Source: Halogeometricum borinquense DSM 11551
Lineage (GTDB): Archaea; Halobacteriota; Halobacteria; Halobacteriales; Haloferacaceae
Direction: 5' to 3'
NCBI RefSeq assembly: GCF_000172995.2
Contig: NC_014729.1
Span: forward strand, 2,070,001-2,102,000
DNA length: 32,000 nt
The translations under genes and the position numbers were made by a program. The notes beneath the pieces were generated by a model. That model was given only the letters and a program-made list of their open reading frames with translations, was not told the DNA's origin and ran no database searches. Shown piece after piece: positions 14,105 through 23,451 of this stretch. Position 1 is the first letter of the stretch; every line of letters begins with the position of its first letter.

Positions 14105-14464
14105 TTAGAGCGGGGCCGAAACCTCGTGCCGGAACGTCTGGAACTCCACGGTTCGGCCGTCGGGGTCCGCAGCGAAGAACTGGTAGATATCGTACTGTTC
14201 GTTCTCGTGCGGGGCTTCTCGGGCTGCATCCCCGACGCGCTCGTGCATCTCGTCTACCTCGTCTGCGGTATCGTAGACGAACGTGACGATGCCGTCCGTT
14301 TCCGTCTCATCGCCGTCACAGAAGCCGAACAGCATGTTTCCGTGGCGGAGGATGGTACACCCGGACTGCTCTAGCCACACCTCCGCACCGACGGTGTCGG
14401 TGTAGAACGCCGTCGTCGTTTCGCGGTTCGTGGTTCGGAAAAAGAGGATGCCACCTGCGGTCAT
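14105..14464 (-). CDS. VOC (glyoxalase/bleomycin-resistance/dioxygenase) family protein
   Basis: 119 aa with ATG at 14464. The size and beta-alpha-beta-beta-beta pattern resemble small VOC proteins (ILFFRT...FYTDTVGAEV...GFCDG...VTFVYD...DPDGRTVEF). Confidence 0.65.
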   Translation of the reverse strand: MTAGGILFFRTTNRETTTAFYTDTVGAEVWLEQSGCTILRHGNMLFGFCDGDETETDGIVTFVYDTADEVDEMHERVGDAAREAPHENEQYDIYQFFAADPDGRTVEFQTFRHEVSAPL

Positions 14465-14543
14465 GTCTCGGCCGTCGGTCGCGGGGACGAAAGATGTGCC
14501 GGGTCCCGGCCAATTGATACGCTAGAGGCGTCTTCCGACTCTC

Positions 14544-15233
14544 ATGGAGGTACTCGAACGGTTACTCGACGGCAACGACGAACACGTTGCACAGGTTGAC
14601 GACGGCCACTTCGAGGGCGTGCGCGACGGACAGGATCCGCCCGTCGTCTCTGTGTCGTGTTCGGACTCGCGCGTCCCGGCGGAAGGCGTCTGGGACGCCA
14701 ACGCGGACGGGGACCTATTTACGAGCGTCAACGTCGGCGATCAGGCGTGGACGGACGTAGACGGCGAACTCGTCGTCAACGACGCGGTCGGTTACGCGGT
14801 GTCCGCACTGGACGTGGAACTCATCGCAGTCCTAGGACACACCGGCTGTGGTGCCGTCACTGCGGCGTACGAGTCGGTAACCGGCGAATCTGAGACCTCG
14901 CTTCTCCCTGCGGTTGAGGCGGCCGTCGCCCGACTCACACCGATAGTCGAGTCGGCCCGGGAAGACGGCGTTTTCGACGACGATACGCCGCGCGGTGAGG
15001 CCGTCAACAAACTGGTTGAGCGGGCAGTGCAGGAGCAGGTCGATTTCCTCGTCGAAACCGACGCGGTGCCGGACGACGTGGCCGTCGCCGGATTCGTCTA
15101 CGACTTCCAGCACGCCTACGGCGACGACGACGGCGCGGCGTATCTCGTCTCGCTCGACGGCGAAACCGAATGCGAAACGCTTCGAGAACGGGTTTCGCCC
15201 TCGTACCACGAACACGTCGCATCGCTTCGCTGA
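14544..15233 (+). CDS. Beta-class carbonic anhydrase
   Basis: 229 aa with the zinc-ligand motifs SCSDSRV and GHTGCGAV at canonical spacing. Confidence 0.85.
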   Translation: MEVLERLLDGNDEHVAQVDDGHFEGVRDGQDPPVVSVSCSDSRVPAEGVWDANADGDLFTSVNVGDQAWTDVDGELVVNDAVGYAVSALDVELIAVLGHTGCGAVTAAYESVTGESETSLLPAVEAAVARLTPIVESAREDGVFDDDTPRGEAVNKLVERAVQEQVDFLVETDAVPDDVAVAGFVYDFQHAYGDDDGAAYLVSLDGETECETLRERVSPSYHEHVASLR

Positions 15234-15254
15234 ACGGACGTGTCGGATTCCGTT

Positions 15255-15911
15255 CTATTCGCGGGCGTCTTCGATAACCTGTGTGAACTCGCGGGCCGTC
15301 TCGGTGATGGCCTCGAAGTCGCCCGCTTCGATGGCGTCGGCGTCCATGATGGCGCTTCCAGCGCCGACGACGACGGCACCAGCTTCGATGTAGTCGGCTA
15401 CGTTGTCGATGCCGATGCCACCCGTCGGCATGAGCGGAATCTGCGGAAGCGGACCTTTGATGCTAGCGAGGTGTTTTGGCCCCATCACTGACGCCGGGAA
15501 CACTTTGACCAGATCCGCGCCCGCCTCGTAGGCGTCCACGGCTTCCGTCGGCGTGAGGATGCCCGGTGCGACGATAGTGCCGTAGCGGTTGCATGTCTCT
15601 ACGACGCCCTCGTCGAAGCTCGGGCCGACGACGAACTCCGCGCCGTTCATGATGGATGCACGGGCTGTCTCACTGTCGAGGACGGTGCCCGCGCCGACGA
15701 TTGCCTCCGTCTCGGAGAACGACGCCGACACCTCGCTGATGAGGTCCATCGCGTCGGGGTTGTCCGCGGTAATCTCGTAGGCTGTGACGCCGCCGTCGTG
15801 CAACGCCTGTGCCACCTCAAGAATGGTGTCAGCGTCTGCGCCTCGCATCACCGCGACGACGCCGCTGTCTACCAGTCGCTGCATGTCCTCGTGAGAGTCG
15901 AGCGTAACCAT
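15255..15911 (-). CDS. eda: 2-dehydro-3-deoxy-phosphogluconate / 4-hydroxy-2-oxoglutarate aldolase (KDPG/KHG aldolase)
   Basis: 218 aa with VVAVMRG, ITADNP, GAGTVL, VKVFPA (Schiff-base Lys) and PTGGI, which are typical of the Eda family. Confidence 0.85.
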   Translation of the reverse strand: MVTLDSHEDMQRLVDSGVVAVMRGADADTILEVAQALHDGGVTAYEITADNPDAMDLISEVSASFSETEAIVGAGTVLDSETARASIMNGAEFVVGPSFDEGVVETCNRYGTIVAPGILTPTEAVDAYEAGADLVKVFPASVMGPKHLASIKGPLPQIPLMPTGGIGIDNVADYIEAGAVVVGAGSAIMDADAIEAGDFEAITETAREFTQVIEDARE

Positions 15912-15937
15912 CTTCGTGCGCGACTCCGCCGCGACGG

Positions 15938-15944
15938 CTAATAA
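15938..15944 (-). promoter_or_regulatory. TATA-like box (minus strand TTTATTA) about 30 nt upstream of the eda ATG
   Basis: Isolated AT heptamer in GC-rich DNA, at leaderless-type spacing from 15911. Confidence 0.4.
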
Positions 15945-16037
15945 ACTCCCGCGACACTGACACCGTTCGCGCGAATACTTGTCGCGATAACGTACAGCAC
16001 GGAAGAGACCAGACAGAAGAGACGACAGTCGTCCGTA

Positions 16038-16793
16038 TCAGTCCGTCCGCGGGATGGCGTACGCGCCCGCCGCGAAGAACACGACAGAGAGCACGGCGAG
16101 GATGGCGAGATTCGACCACGGATCGCCCGACCCCGTCGTCACCGCGCGGACGCCGCGAGCGAAGTAAGTTAGCGGCGAGAGGTTCATCGCCGGACGGAAC
16201 CACGCGGGCAGCAGGTCCGGCGTGACGAACGTCTCAGAGAGGAACAGCAGTGGAAGCGCAATGGCGTTCGACGCCGCGATGACACCGTCTTGGGAGTCGG
16301 CGACGCGACCGAGAATCGCGCCGAGTCCACAGAACAGCGTGACGCCGAGTGCCACGAACGCGACGATGCTGAGCGTCGCCGGACGGAGCGGAATGGACAC
16401 GCCGGTCACGACGACCGTGAGGACCAACAGGGCTAACGCGGCCAGTCCGATGACGACGACGTTCACGAGCGTCTGGCTCAGCAACCACTCGGCCCGCGAG
16501 AGCGGCGTCGTCGCCAGCTTCTCGAATCGGTTGCCCTCGCGGTGGCGGGCGATTGTGGACCCGACGCGCGAAAGCGGCGTGAAGAGGACGACAACTGCGA
16601 GGTAGCCGGGCACGTAGTATGCTGGTGGTTCGGCGAACAGGCCGCCGCCGGTCGGTTGCGTCTGCACTAACGCCCCGAAGATGAGGACGATGATGACCGG
16701 GAAGAAGAACGTGAAGAACACCGCCGTCCGGCGACGGAGGAACGAGTGCCACGAGGCGGTGAACTCCGCGCGGACGCGGCCGAGCGAACTCAC
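16038..16793 (-). CDS. ABC-2 type transporter permease
   Basis: 251 aa with six hydrophobic segments. GTG start at 16793 forms a 4-nt overlap (GTGA) with the ATPase stop. It lies directly downstream of the ABC ATPase. Confidence 0.85.
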   Translation of the reverse strand: MSSLGRVRAEFTASWHSFLRRRTAVFFTFFFPVIIVLIFGALVQTQPTGGGLFAEPPAYYVPGYLAVVVLFTPLSRVGSTIARHREGNRFEKLATTPLSRAEWLLSQTLVNVVVIGLAALALLVLTVVVTGVSIPLRPATLSIVAFVALGVTLFCGLGAILGRVADSQDGVIAASNAIALPLLFLSETFVTPDLLPAWFRPAMNLSPLTYFARGVRAVTTGSGDPWSNLAILAVLSVVFFAAGAYAIPRTD

Positions 16794-17791
16794 TGTTCGT
16801 CACCTCCGCGACTGCCTCCGTGACCACCGCGAGCCGACTGACCGACGTTCCCGCCGCCGTCAGCCATCGGTGCGTCCGCGAAACTTGGATTATCCTCGAA
16901 CGCTTCGCCCGTCAGCGAGAGATACACGTCTTCGAGGTCCGGTTGCGTCCACGTCAGCGTGTCGTATGCGATGCCCGCGTCGTCGAGTGCGTCCACGGCG
17001 TCGCCGATGTCGCGCGGCGTCAGTCCCTCGAAGACGAGTCGGCCGTCGCGCGCGGCGGCATCGAAATGTCCGTTCAGTGCCTCCGTGGCCGATTCCGGCA
17101 GCGATTCCGTCTCGACTTCGAGTCTGCTGTCGCCGCCGTGGGCCGCGACGAGTTCGCTCGGCGAGCCGACGGCGACGAGTTCGCCCGCGTTCAGCAATCC
17201 CACGCGGTCCGCGAGTCGTTCGACTTCGGCCATCGAGTGACTCGTGAGAAACACCGTCGTCCCGCCCGCAGCGAGGTCATCGAGCAGGTTCCACAGCGAC
17301 CGACGACCCGCGGGGTCGATGCCGGTGGTCGGTTCGTCCAAGAACAGCACGTCCGGGTCGTTCACCAATGCGGCGGCGACGCACGCCCGGCGTTGCTGGC
17401 CGCCCGAAAGGTCCTCGTACCACGTGTTGGCATCGTCCCCCGCGAGTCCCACGTCCGCGAGAACTGACTCGGGGTCGCGTGCCTCGTCGTACAGCCCCGC
17501 GTAGTAGGAAACGAGTTCGCGGGCGGTGAGACGAGCGGCCGGGGAGAACGACTGGGGGAGCAGGCCAATGCGAGAACGTTCGACCGCCGTCGGTGATGTG
17601 CCGAGGACGCTGACGTGTCCTTCCACAGGCGTCGTCCCGGTGAGCGCACGGACCAACGTCGTCTTTCCCGCGCCGTTCGGGCCGATGAGTCCGAACACCT
17701 CGCCCGCCGATACCGAGAGCGAGACTCCCGAGAGAGCGTCTCTGTCGCCGTACGATTTCCGCACGTCGTCGGCGACGAGTACCTCGTCCAT
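16790..17791 (-). CDS. ABC transporter ATP-binding protein (ABC-2/DrrA-like) with a Gly-rich C-terminal tail
   Basis: The track ORF is trimmed to the ATG at 17791 (MDEVLVADDVRKSYG...). It has Walker A GPNGAGKTT, signature LSGGQQRR and Walker B LFLDEPT. Confidence 0.9.
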   Translation of the reverse strand: MDEVLVADDVRKSYGDRDALSGVSLSVSAGEVFGLIGPNGAGKTTLVRALTGTTPVEGHVSVLGTSPTAVERSRIGLLPQSFSPAARLTARELVSYYAGLYDEARDPESVLADVGLAGDDANTWYEDLSGGQQRRACVAAALVNDPDVLFLDEPTTGIDPAGRRSLWNLLDDLAAGGTTVFLTSHSMAEVERLADRVGLLNAGELVAVGSPSELVAAHGGDSRLEVETESLPESATEALNGHFDAAARDGRLVFEGLTPRDIGDAVDALDDAGIAYDTLTWTQPDLEDVYLSLTGEAFEDNPSFADAPMADGGGNVGQSARGGHGGSRGGDEQ

Positions 17792-17923
17792 ACGCAGATT
17801 TCGTCGCGGTTCGGTGGTAAGGATTCGGATTCGGGCACGGGATTCGACGCGGCTTCTACGCGAACGGATCACGCTTCCGACGCCGCGATAACGCTTATTC
17901 TCCCCGCGGCCCGTGAATGACAC

Positions 17924-19354
17924 ATGTCCCCACTCCCCCGCCGCCGCGTCCTCGCGTCCGGGTTTGCAACTGTCCTCGCAGGTATCGCCGGGTGCAGTTC
18001 AGCCCCGACCAGTGGGGAAGACAGCGGCGACCGAACACCGACAACGAATCCGGATCCGACCGACAGCGGATCGTCCGGCAGCTCCGAACTGGACGACGCC
18101 CGTGTTGCCGTCGAACGTGTCGCCTCGGGATTCGTCTCACCTATCGATTTCTACGCGCCGGCGGGAACCGACCGACAGTTCGTCGTAGACCAGCCCGGAA
18201 CCATCTACGAAGTGACGGAGAACGGTCGCCGTGATGAGCCGTATCTGGACATCAGAGACCGCGTAGTAGATCTCGGCGGCTACTCCGAGCAAGGACTTCT
18301 CGGCGTCGCGCCACATCCCGACTTTGCCGAGAACGGCCGTCTGTTCGTCCGGTACAGCGCACCGCGTCGAGACGGCACACCGCAAAACTACAGTCACACG
18401 TTCGTCCTCAGCGAGTTCACCGTGGACCCGACGGCGCGAACGGCAACTCCTGACGAAGAACGGACACTCCTCGAACTCCCGCAACCGCAGTCGAACCACA
18501 ACGCCGGTGCCGTCGGCTTCGGTCCGGACGGCTACCTCTACGTCGGCACTGGTGACGGCGGCGCTGGCGGCGACAGGGGAACCGGCCACGTCGAGGACTG
18601 GTACGACGCCATCGCGGGCGGCAATGGACAGGACGTGACCGAAAACCTGCTCGGGAGTATCCTCCGCATCGACGTGGACGACGAGGGCGAAACCCGACCG
18701 TACGGCATTCCCGACGACAACCCGCTCGTCGGCTCCGACGGGTTAAATGAACATTACGCGTGGGGCCTTCGGAATCCGTGGCGGTTTTCGTTCGACATCC
18801 GCGGCGGAGAAGGGGGCGGTGGGGATGGGAAGGACAGCGACGACAGTACGGACAGAGGCGACGGCGACTGGGATCTCTACGTCGCGGACGTAGGACAGAA
18901 CCGATATGAGGAGGTCAACCGCGTCGAGAAGGGCGGCAACTACGGCTGGAACGTCCGCGAGGGGATGCACTGTTTCGGCGCGAACGACTGTCCGACGACG
19001 ACACCTGACGACAACTCGCTCGTTGACCCGGTCATCGAGTACCCACACTCTGGCGACGGCGTCTCGGGAATCGCCGTCATCGGCGGCTACGTCGTCCGCG
19101 GCGGGTCGCTACCGGAACTTGAGGGCGCGTACGTCTTCGCTGACTGGCGGGCGAACGGACGGTTATTCGCTGCCGACCCTTCGTCGGAGACGGCACCGTG
19201 GCCTCCCGTCGAAGTCTCCATTACGGGCGATACTTCCCCCGGGTCGTTCGTGACGGCGTTCGGTCGCGACGACGGGGAGATATACCTGCTTACGACCAAT
19301 GTCGGGAGAGTCAGCGGGCAGACAGGCGAACTGTTCCGACTGACTGCGCCGTAG
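17924..19354 (+). CDS. PQQ-dependent sugar dehydrogenase (soluble glucose/sorbosone dehydrogenase-like), Tat-signal lipoprotein
   Basis: 476 aa. The N-terminus MSPLPRRRVLASGFATVLAGIAGCSS has a twin-arginine motif plus a lipobox Cys. The core motif HNAGAVGFGPDGYLYVGTGDGG is typical of the GSDH beta-propeller. Confidence 0.85.
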   Translation: MSPLPRRRVLASGFATVLAGIAGCSSAPTSGEDSGDRTPTTNPDPTDSGSSGSSELDDARVAVERVASGFVSPIDFYAPAGTDRQFVVDQPGTIYEVTENGRRDEPYLDIRDRVVDLGGYSEQGLLGVAPHPDFAENGRLFVRYSAPRRDGTPQNYSHTFVLSEFTVDPTARTATPDEERTLLELPQPQSNHNAGAVGFGPDGYLYVGTGDGGAGGDRGTGHVEDWYDAIAGGNGQDVTENLLGSILRIDVDDEGETRPYGIPDDNPLVGSDGLNEHYAWGLRNPWRFSFDIRGGEGGGGDGKDSDDSTDRGDGDWDLYVADVGQNRYEEVNRVEKGGNYGWNVREGMHCFGANDCPTTTPDDNSLVDPVIEYPHSGDGVSGIAVIGGYVVRGGSLPELEGAYVFADWRANGRLFAADPSSETAPWPPVEVSITGDTSPGSFVTAFGRDDGEIYLLTTNVGRVSGQTGELFRLTAP

Positions 19355-19445
19355 CCCCGTCTCTCGAACCGACGGTAATCGTGCCGGCGGAACACGAATG
19401 ACCGGAAGTCACACACTTTTGCGCGCAGCACCCGTCGATTAGCAC

Positions 19446-20468
19446 ATGACACTCGACTCCCGACGACTGGGCAGTACCGGAACGAAGGTCTCGGAACTTT
19501 GCTTCGGCACGTGGCGCTTCGGCCGCGAGACGAACGGCGTGCTGGAAACGTCGAAAGAGGAAGCACACGACCTTCTCGACGCGTTCGCAGACCGCGGCGG
19601 CAACTTCATCGATAGCGCGAACGTCTACGGCACGCCCAACGGCCGGTCGGAGTCGTGGATCGGTGACTGGCTCGCAGAACGGGACCGCGAGAACTACGTC
19701 ATCACCTCGAAAGTGTACTTCCCCTTCGACGAGGAGAACCCGAACGGGTCGGGTCTCTCACGAACCCACATTCGAGATCAGATCGAGGGCACGCTGGACC
19801 GCCTCGGCACGGAGTATCTCGATCTCTACTACATCCACCGTTGGGACGAGGAGACGCCTATCGAGGAGACGCTTTCGACGCTGAACCGCCTCGTCGAAGA
19901 GGGTAAAGTGAACTACCTCGGTGCGTCTACGATGGCGGCGTGGCAACTGACGAAGGCGCTCTGGAAGTCCGAGGTCCACGAGTGGGAGCGCTTCGAGGTC
20001 ACTCAACCGCTGTTCCATGCGGGCTACTACGAGGACGTGAAAGACTATCTCGACGTGTGCGGCGATCAAGAACTCGCGGTCTGTCCGTATTCGCCGCTTG
20101 CAGGCGGTTTCCTGACCGGTAAGTACGAACGCGCCGACCCGGACGACCCGACGCAGGTGATCGCACCCGACGGGTCTCGCGCGTCGTTCGACGACCGGTT
20201 CGAACAGTTCTATCTCTCCGAGCGCGGGTGGAACGTGCTCGACACGATTCGCACGGTCGCCGACGAGGTGGACGCTTCGCCCGCGCAAGTCGCACTTCGC
20301 TGGCTGATGGACTACCCCGAGGCGACGGTGATCCCCATCGTGGGTGCGCGAACCGAGGAGCAACTGGATGAGAACGTCGAAGCCGCCGACGTGAGTCTCT
20401 CCGAGGACCAGTGGGAACGAATCATGAACGCCCGGTACGACGACGAAGGGCGTCTGTGGGGGCACTGA
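19446..20468 (+). CDS. Aldo/keto reductase
   Basis: 340 aa with GTWRFG, IDSANVYG, YLDLYYIHRWD and LGASTMAAWQ, which are AKR family signatures. Confidence 0.9.
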   Translation: MTLDSRRLGSTGTKVSELCFGTWRFGRETNGVLETSKEEAHDLLDAFADRGGNFIDSANVYGTPNGRSESWIGDWLAERDRENYVITSKVYFPFDEENPNGSGLSRTHIRDQIEGTLDRLGTEYLDLYYIHRWDEETPIEETLSTLNRLVEEGKVNYLGASTMAAWQLTKALWKSEVHEWERFEVTQPLFHAGYYEDVKDYLDVCGDQELAVCPYSPLAGGFLTGKYERADPDDPTQVIAPDGSRASFDDRFEQFYLSERGWNVLDTIRTVADEVDASPAQVALRWLMDYPEATVIPIVGARTEEQLDENVEAADVSLSEDQWERIMNARYDDEGRLWGH

Positions 20469-20504
20469 ACTGAGTCCAGCGACTCCACTCCTGTTCGTGC
20501 TGCA

Positions 20505-20921
20505 TCACGCGTAGTCGAGGTCCCTGAGGTAGTCGCAGACGATGTGAGCATAGAGGACGATAGCGACGAAAGCGGCCAGCGTCGGTCGGCCAACGAGGAC
20601 GACCGCAAACGTAACGACGCCGCCGATGAGGTGGTGACTCAACAGACGGCGGGGGGTCAGCCCCTCGCCGTCCATATCGGCGAACACTTTCTCCTGTTCG
20701 ATCAGCCCGACGCGTGGGTTTTTCACGGCGCGTTCGAGATGCCGCCAGTCGCCCGTCAGCCAGCGAGCGATGACAAAGTGGTCTAAATCGATGAGAACGC
20801 TGACCACGATACCAGCGCCGACGAGCGCGAGGTGTGCCATCCCCGTCGAACCCGGAAAGAGGACGAACGCCGCGACAACCGAGACGACACCGCCGACGGC
20901 GGCGTGTTCACCGGATTTCAC
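20505..20921 (-). CDS. Small membrane protein, DUF457/YdjM-like (membrane-bound metal-dependent hydrolase family)
   Basis: 138 aa with GTG start at 20921, 3 nt after the Rdx gene stop. Several TM segments carry conserved His/Asp (LIDLDHF, SHHLIGG, YAHIVCDY). The family call is tentative. Confidence 0.55.
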   Translation of the reverse strand: MKSGEHAAVGGVVSVVAAFVLFPGSTGMAHLALVGAGIVVSVLIDLDHFVIARWLTGDWRHLERAVKNPRVGLIEQEKVFADMDGEGLTPRRLLSHHLIGGVVTFAVVLVGRPTLAAFVAIVLYAHIVCDYLRDLDYA

Positions 20922-20924
20922 CGT

Positions 20925-21155
20925 TCAGAGAGCTGACCGGACGCGCCGTGTGATTTCGTCAACATCGTACTCGTCGTCCGCTTTGTCCCAGACGATTTCG
21001 TCATCGACGGCGACCGTGAGGACGCCGTGGTCACCCGTTACGAGCGAGACGCGATTGACGCGTTCACCGAACTGTTGAAGAACAGCGTGTTGGATGGTCT
21101 CGGCTCTGTCGAGGAACCCACACGGAACGCAGTACTCTATCTCGATCTCGGTCAT
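20925..21155 (-). CDS. Rdx (SelW/SelT/SelH-like) thioredoxin-fold protein with a CxxC motif
   Basis: The track ORF is trimmed to the ATG at 21155. MTEIEIEYCVPCGFLDRAE...VLTVAVDDEIVWDK matches the Rdx pattern (I-x-YC-x-x-C/U-G...F-x-V-x-V-x-x-x-x-I-W-x-K). The upstream 87 aa are Ser/Arg-rich junk. Confidence 0.7.
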   Translation of the reverse strand: MTEIEIEYCVPCGFLDRAETIQHAVLQQFGERVNRVSLVTGDHGVLTVAVDDEIVWDKADDEYDVDEITRRVRSAL

Positions 21156-21243
21156 ATCAGACCGTTTTCCGTCCGGCGAGTTAAATGTGAACGAAGGACA
21201 TTCGATGAGTTCCACCGAACGCCAGCCAAAACGAACGCGAGAC

Positions 21244-21912
21244 TCACTCTCCGCGGCCGAATCCGAACGGCCGCCAGTAGAGAAGCACGACGGTGACGAC
21301 GAAGACGAGCGTCGAGATATCGTACGAGAGATCGAACGTCGCGGCGACGAGTGCAGAGCTGCTTCCGAACACACCCGTGAGGAGAGACGCGAGGATGGGC
21401 CACGAGCATGAGACACACGAGAGTAAGCCGAGAATACCGGAGACGGCCGACCCGGAGGCGTCGATCACTGTCGCGTAGACGAGATAGCCGAGCGCGAGAT
21501 AGCCGACAACGCGCGCGGGCATGAACACGAGAGCGAAGAACGGCGTCGTGAACACGGGTGCGGGACCCCATCCGGGCGCAAGCGTTGCGAGTCGGACACC
21601 CCAGCCGGCAGTGCTGGGCAGCGAGGAGACGACGATACCGCCTGCAAACGCGAGTGCGACGACGTAACCGACGGCGATGAGTCTCGCGCGCTGGCGCGTC
21701 TTCTCGTCCGTCGGGGCGGGTCTCGTCTTCCAGATGGCGATAACGCCGACAGCTATCCAGAGAAGTCCGTAGAAGGCGTATCGGGGTTGCGTAACCGTGA
21801 TCTCGGCGACGAGAACGTAGACAAGTGCGAGCATTCCGAGCGTGTTCGCCAACAGGGCGGCGTAGAGAACATCACGGTCGAACGCGACGCGGAGAGTATC
21901 TGTAACGCTCAT
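21244..21912 (-). CDS. Polytopic membrane protein of unknown function, coupled to ctaA-ctaB; has an intramembrane C-x2-C-x-WP motif
   Basis: The track ORF is trimmed to the ATG at 21912 (MSVTDTLRVAF...), which overlaps the TGA of the upstream gene by 1 nt (TGATG). It has about 6 hydrophobic segments and the motif LLSCVSCSWPIL. Confidence 0.65.
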   Translation of the reverse strand: MSVTDTLRVAFDRDVLYAALLANTLGMLALVYVLVAEITVTQPRYAFYGLLWIAVGVIAIWKTRPAPTDEKTRQRARLIAVGYVVALAFAGGIVVSSLPSTAGWGVRLATLAPGWGPAPVFTTPFFALVFMPARVVGYLALGYLVYATVIDASGSAVSGILGLLSCVSCSWPILASLLTGVFGSSSALVAATFDLSYDISTLVFVVTVVLLYWRPFGFGRGE

Positions 21913-23318
21913 CAGACTGCGAGCGTATCTACGACGACGGCCAACAACAACATTCCGAGGTAGGCGTTCGAGGCGTGGAACGCGCGGAACGCCGCGGACT
22001 CGGTCTGTTCGTAGTGAAGTTGCACGACGAAGTAGAGGAACACCGCGCCGAAGACGACGCTCGTGAGGGCGTAAACGACCCCGAGAGCTTCCATCGCCGC
22101 TAGTGCGCCCGCGGCGATGAGCGTCGCACCGAGATACCAAAGCGTGTGCTTTCGCGTCTCCGTCTCACCGCGGACGACGGGCATCATCGGGAAGCCACCG
22201 CGAGCGTAGTCGTCCTTGTACGCCAGCGCGAGGTTGTAAAAGTGCGCGGGCGTCCACAGGAAGATGACCGCCGCCAGCAGGAGGCCGCCGAAGCCGATTT
22301 CACCGGTGACAGCGACCCAACCGATGAGTGCGGGAAGCGCCCCCGCCGCGCCGCCGATAACGGTGTTCTGCACCGTGTTCGGCTTCAGGATGAGCGTGTA
22401 GACGACGCTGTAGAACAGAATCGCGCCGACGCCGAGGACGGCCGCGAGCGTGTTCACCCACGCGAACAGTGCGACAGACGCCGCTGCTAAGACCAGCCCG
22501 AACGCAACAGCGTGCCGAACAGGAACGAGGTCGACTGCGAGCGGCCGGTCGCTCGTTCGCTCCATTCGCCGGTCGATGTCGCGTTCGAGGACGTGGTTGA
22601 ACGTCCCTGACGCACCGATAGAGAGGACACCGCCACCGAGCGTCGCAAGGACGATTTCGGGAGTCAGACCGGTGCTCGTCGTCGCGGCAAGCGCCATGCC
22701 AGCAGAGGCGACGAGACAAAGGAGCCACATCAGCCGCGGCTTCATCAGACGGAAATACGCGGCCGCAGTCGCTTTCGCCCGCTCGAACGGATCGGTCGGA
22801 ATCGTCGGGTCGTGTTCTCCCTCGGGCGGAAGATCCGGTTCGGGGACGCCCTGTGGTTCGTCCGTCGGGTCGCCCGTTTCTGTCTCAAGCACCCACGCGA
22901 GTGCGAGAACGAGACTGCCGAAGATGCCCATCCCGACGACAAGGTGGAGCGTCGAGAGTGTTGCGTCGGCACCGCCGACAGCGACGAACGCCCCCAGTGC
23001 AGCCTGAACGGGATAGAGCACTCCCGCAACCACCATCGAGCCGAGAACCCGGCGTTCAACGCCGGAACGGACAGCCATGACGAGTGTCACAACCCCGAGG
23101 AGGCCAACGAGGACAGCGGCCAGTCGGTGGCCGACTGCCAGCCAGCCCGCCGCCGTGGTCGGTGCGGTGAAGCCGTCACCGCAGACCGGCCACGCGGTAC
23201 ACGCCGCGGCGGCGTCTGTGAGAGCTGTCGTTGCGCCGACGAGAAGCAAGAGATAGACGCCCATCGCGGTCGCGGCGAGCAGGGCGTGAAAACGGTCATG
23301 TGTACGGTTCGATCCCAC
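21912..23318 (-). CDS. ctaB: Fusion of a compact heme A synthase-like (CtaA/COX15, 4-TM) domain with protoheme IX farnesyltransferase (heme O synthase)
   Basis: 468 aa with a GTG start. The N-terminus has CTAWPVCG and conserved His in TM helices (CtaA-like). The C-terminal part has NHVLERDIDRRMERTSDRPL and the UbiA-type prenyltransferase pattern. It is divergent from coxB. Confidence 0.9.
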   Translation of the reverse strand: MGSNRTHDRFHALLAATAMGVYLLLLVGATTALTDAAAACTAWPVCGDGFTAPTTAAGWLAVGHRLAAVLVGLLGVVTLVMAVRSGVERRVLGSMVVAGVLYPVQAALGAFVAVGGADATLSTLHLVVGMGIFGSLVLALAWVLETETGDPTDEPQGVPEPDLPPEGEHDPTIPTDPFERAKATAAAYFRLMKPRLMWLLCLVASAGMALAATTSTGLTPEIVLATLGGGVLSIGASGTFNHVLERDIDRRMERTSDRPLAVDLVPVRHAVAFGLVLAAASVALFAWVNTLAAVLGVGAILFYSVVYTLILKPNTVQNTVIGGAAGALPALIGWVAVTGEIGFGGLLLAAVIFLWTPAHFYNLALAYKDDYARGGFPMMPVVRGETETRKHTLWYLGATLIAAGALAAMEALGVVYALTSVVFGAVFLYFVVQLHYEQTESAAFRAFHASNAYLGMLLLAVVVDTLAV

Positions 23319-23418
23319 GTATAGTCACCTACGGCTCGTTCGTACGCGCCGTATTTAGGACCCGCGCTTTCACGATTCAATTCGGGATTTCACGACCGCG
23401 CGACGAAAAGACAGCAAC

Positions 23419-23439
23419 TATTTAGGGACATGTTCCTAA
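23419..23439 (+). promoter_or_regulatory. coxB promoter: a TATA-like box (TATTTAG) overlapping an 18-bp near-perfect palindrome TTAGGGACATGTTCCTAA
   Basis: The TATA centre is about 30 nt upstream of the ATG at 23452. The palindrome at 23422-23439 pairs 8 of 9 positions when read directly. Confidence 0.45.
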
Positions 23440-23451
23440 CCGTGCGATAAG

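Noticed and set aside
17792-17923. N-terminal extensions given by the ORF track for several genes (17792-17923, 1029-1172, 21913-22140, 26081-26560, 21156-21416, 8210-8404, 8177-8269)
   Set aside because: The extensions are Arg/Ser/Pro-rich, often start at GTG or TTG, and overlap neighbouring genes or promoters. Internal ATGs give proteins that begin where the family homology begins.
19758-20465. 235-aa minus-strand ORF, with similar cases at 29347-30072 (+) and 16820-17467 (+)
   Set aside because: These are antisense to the well-supported AKR, PLD and ABC ATPase genes respectively, and have no motifs.
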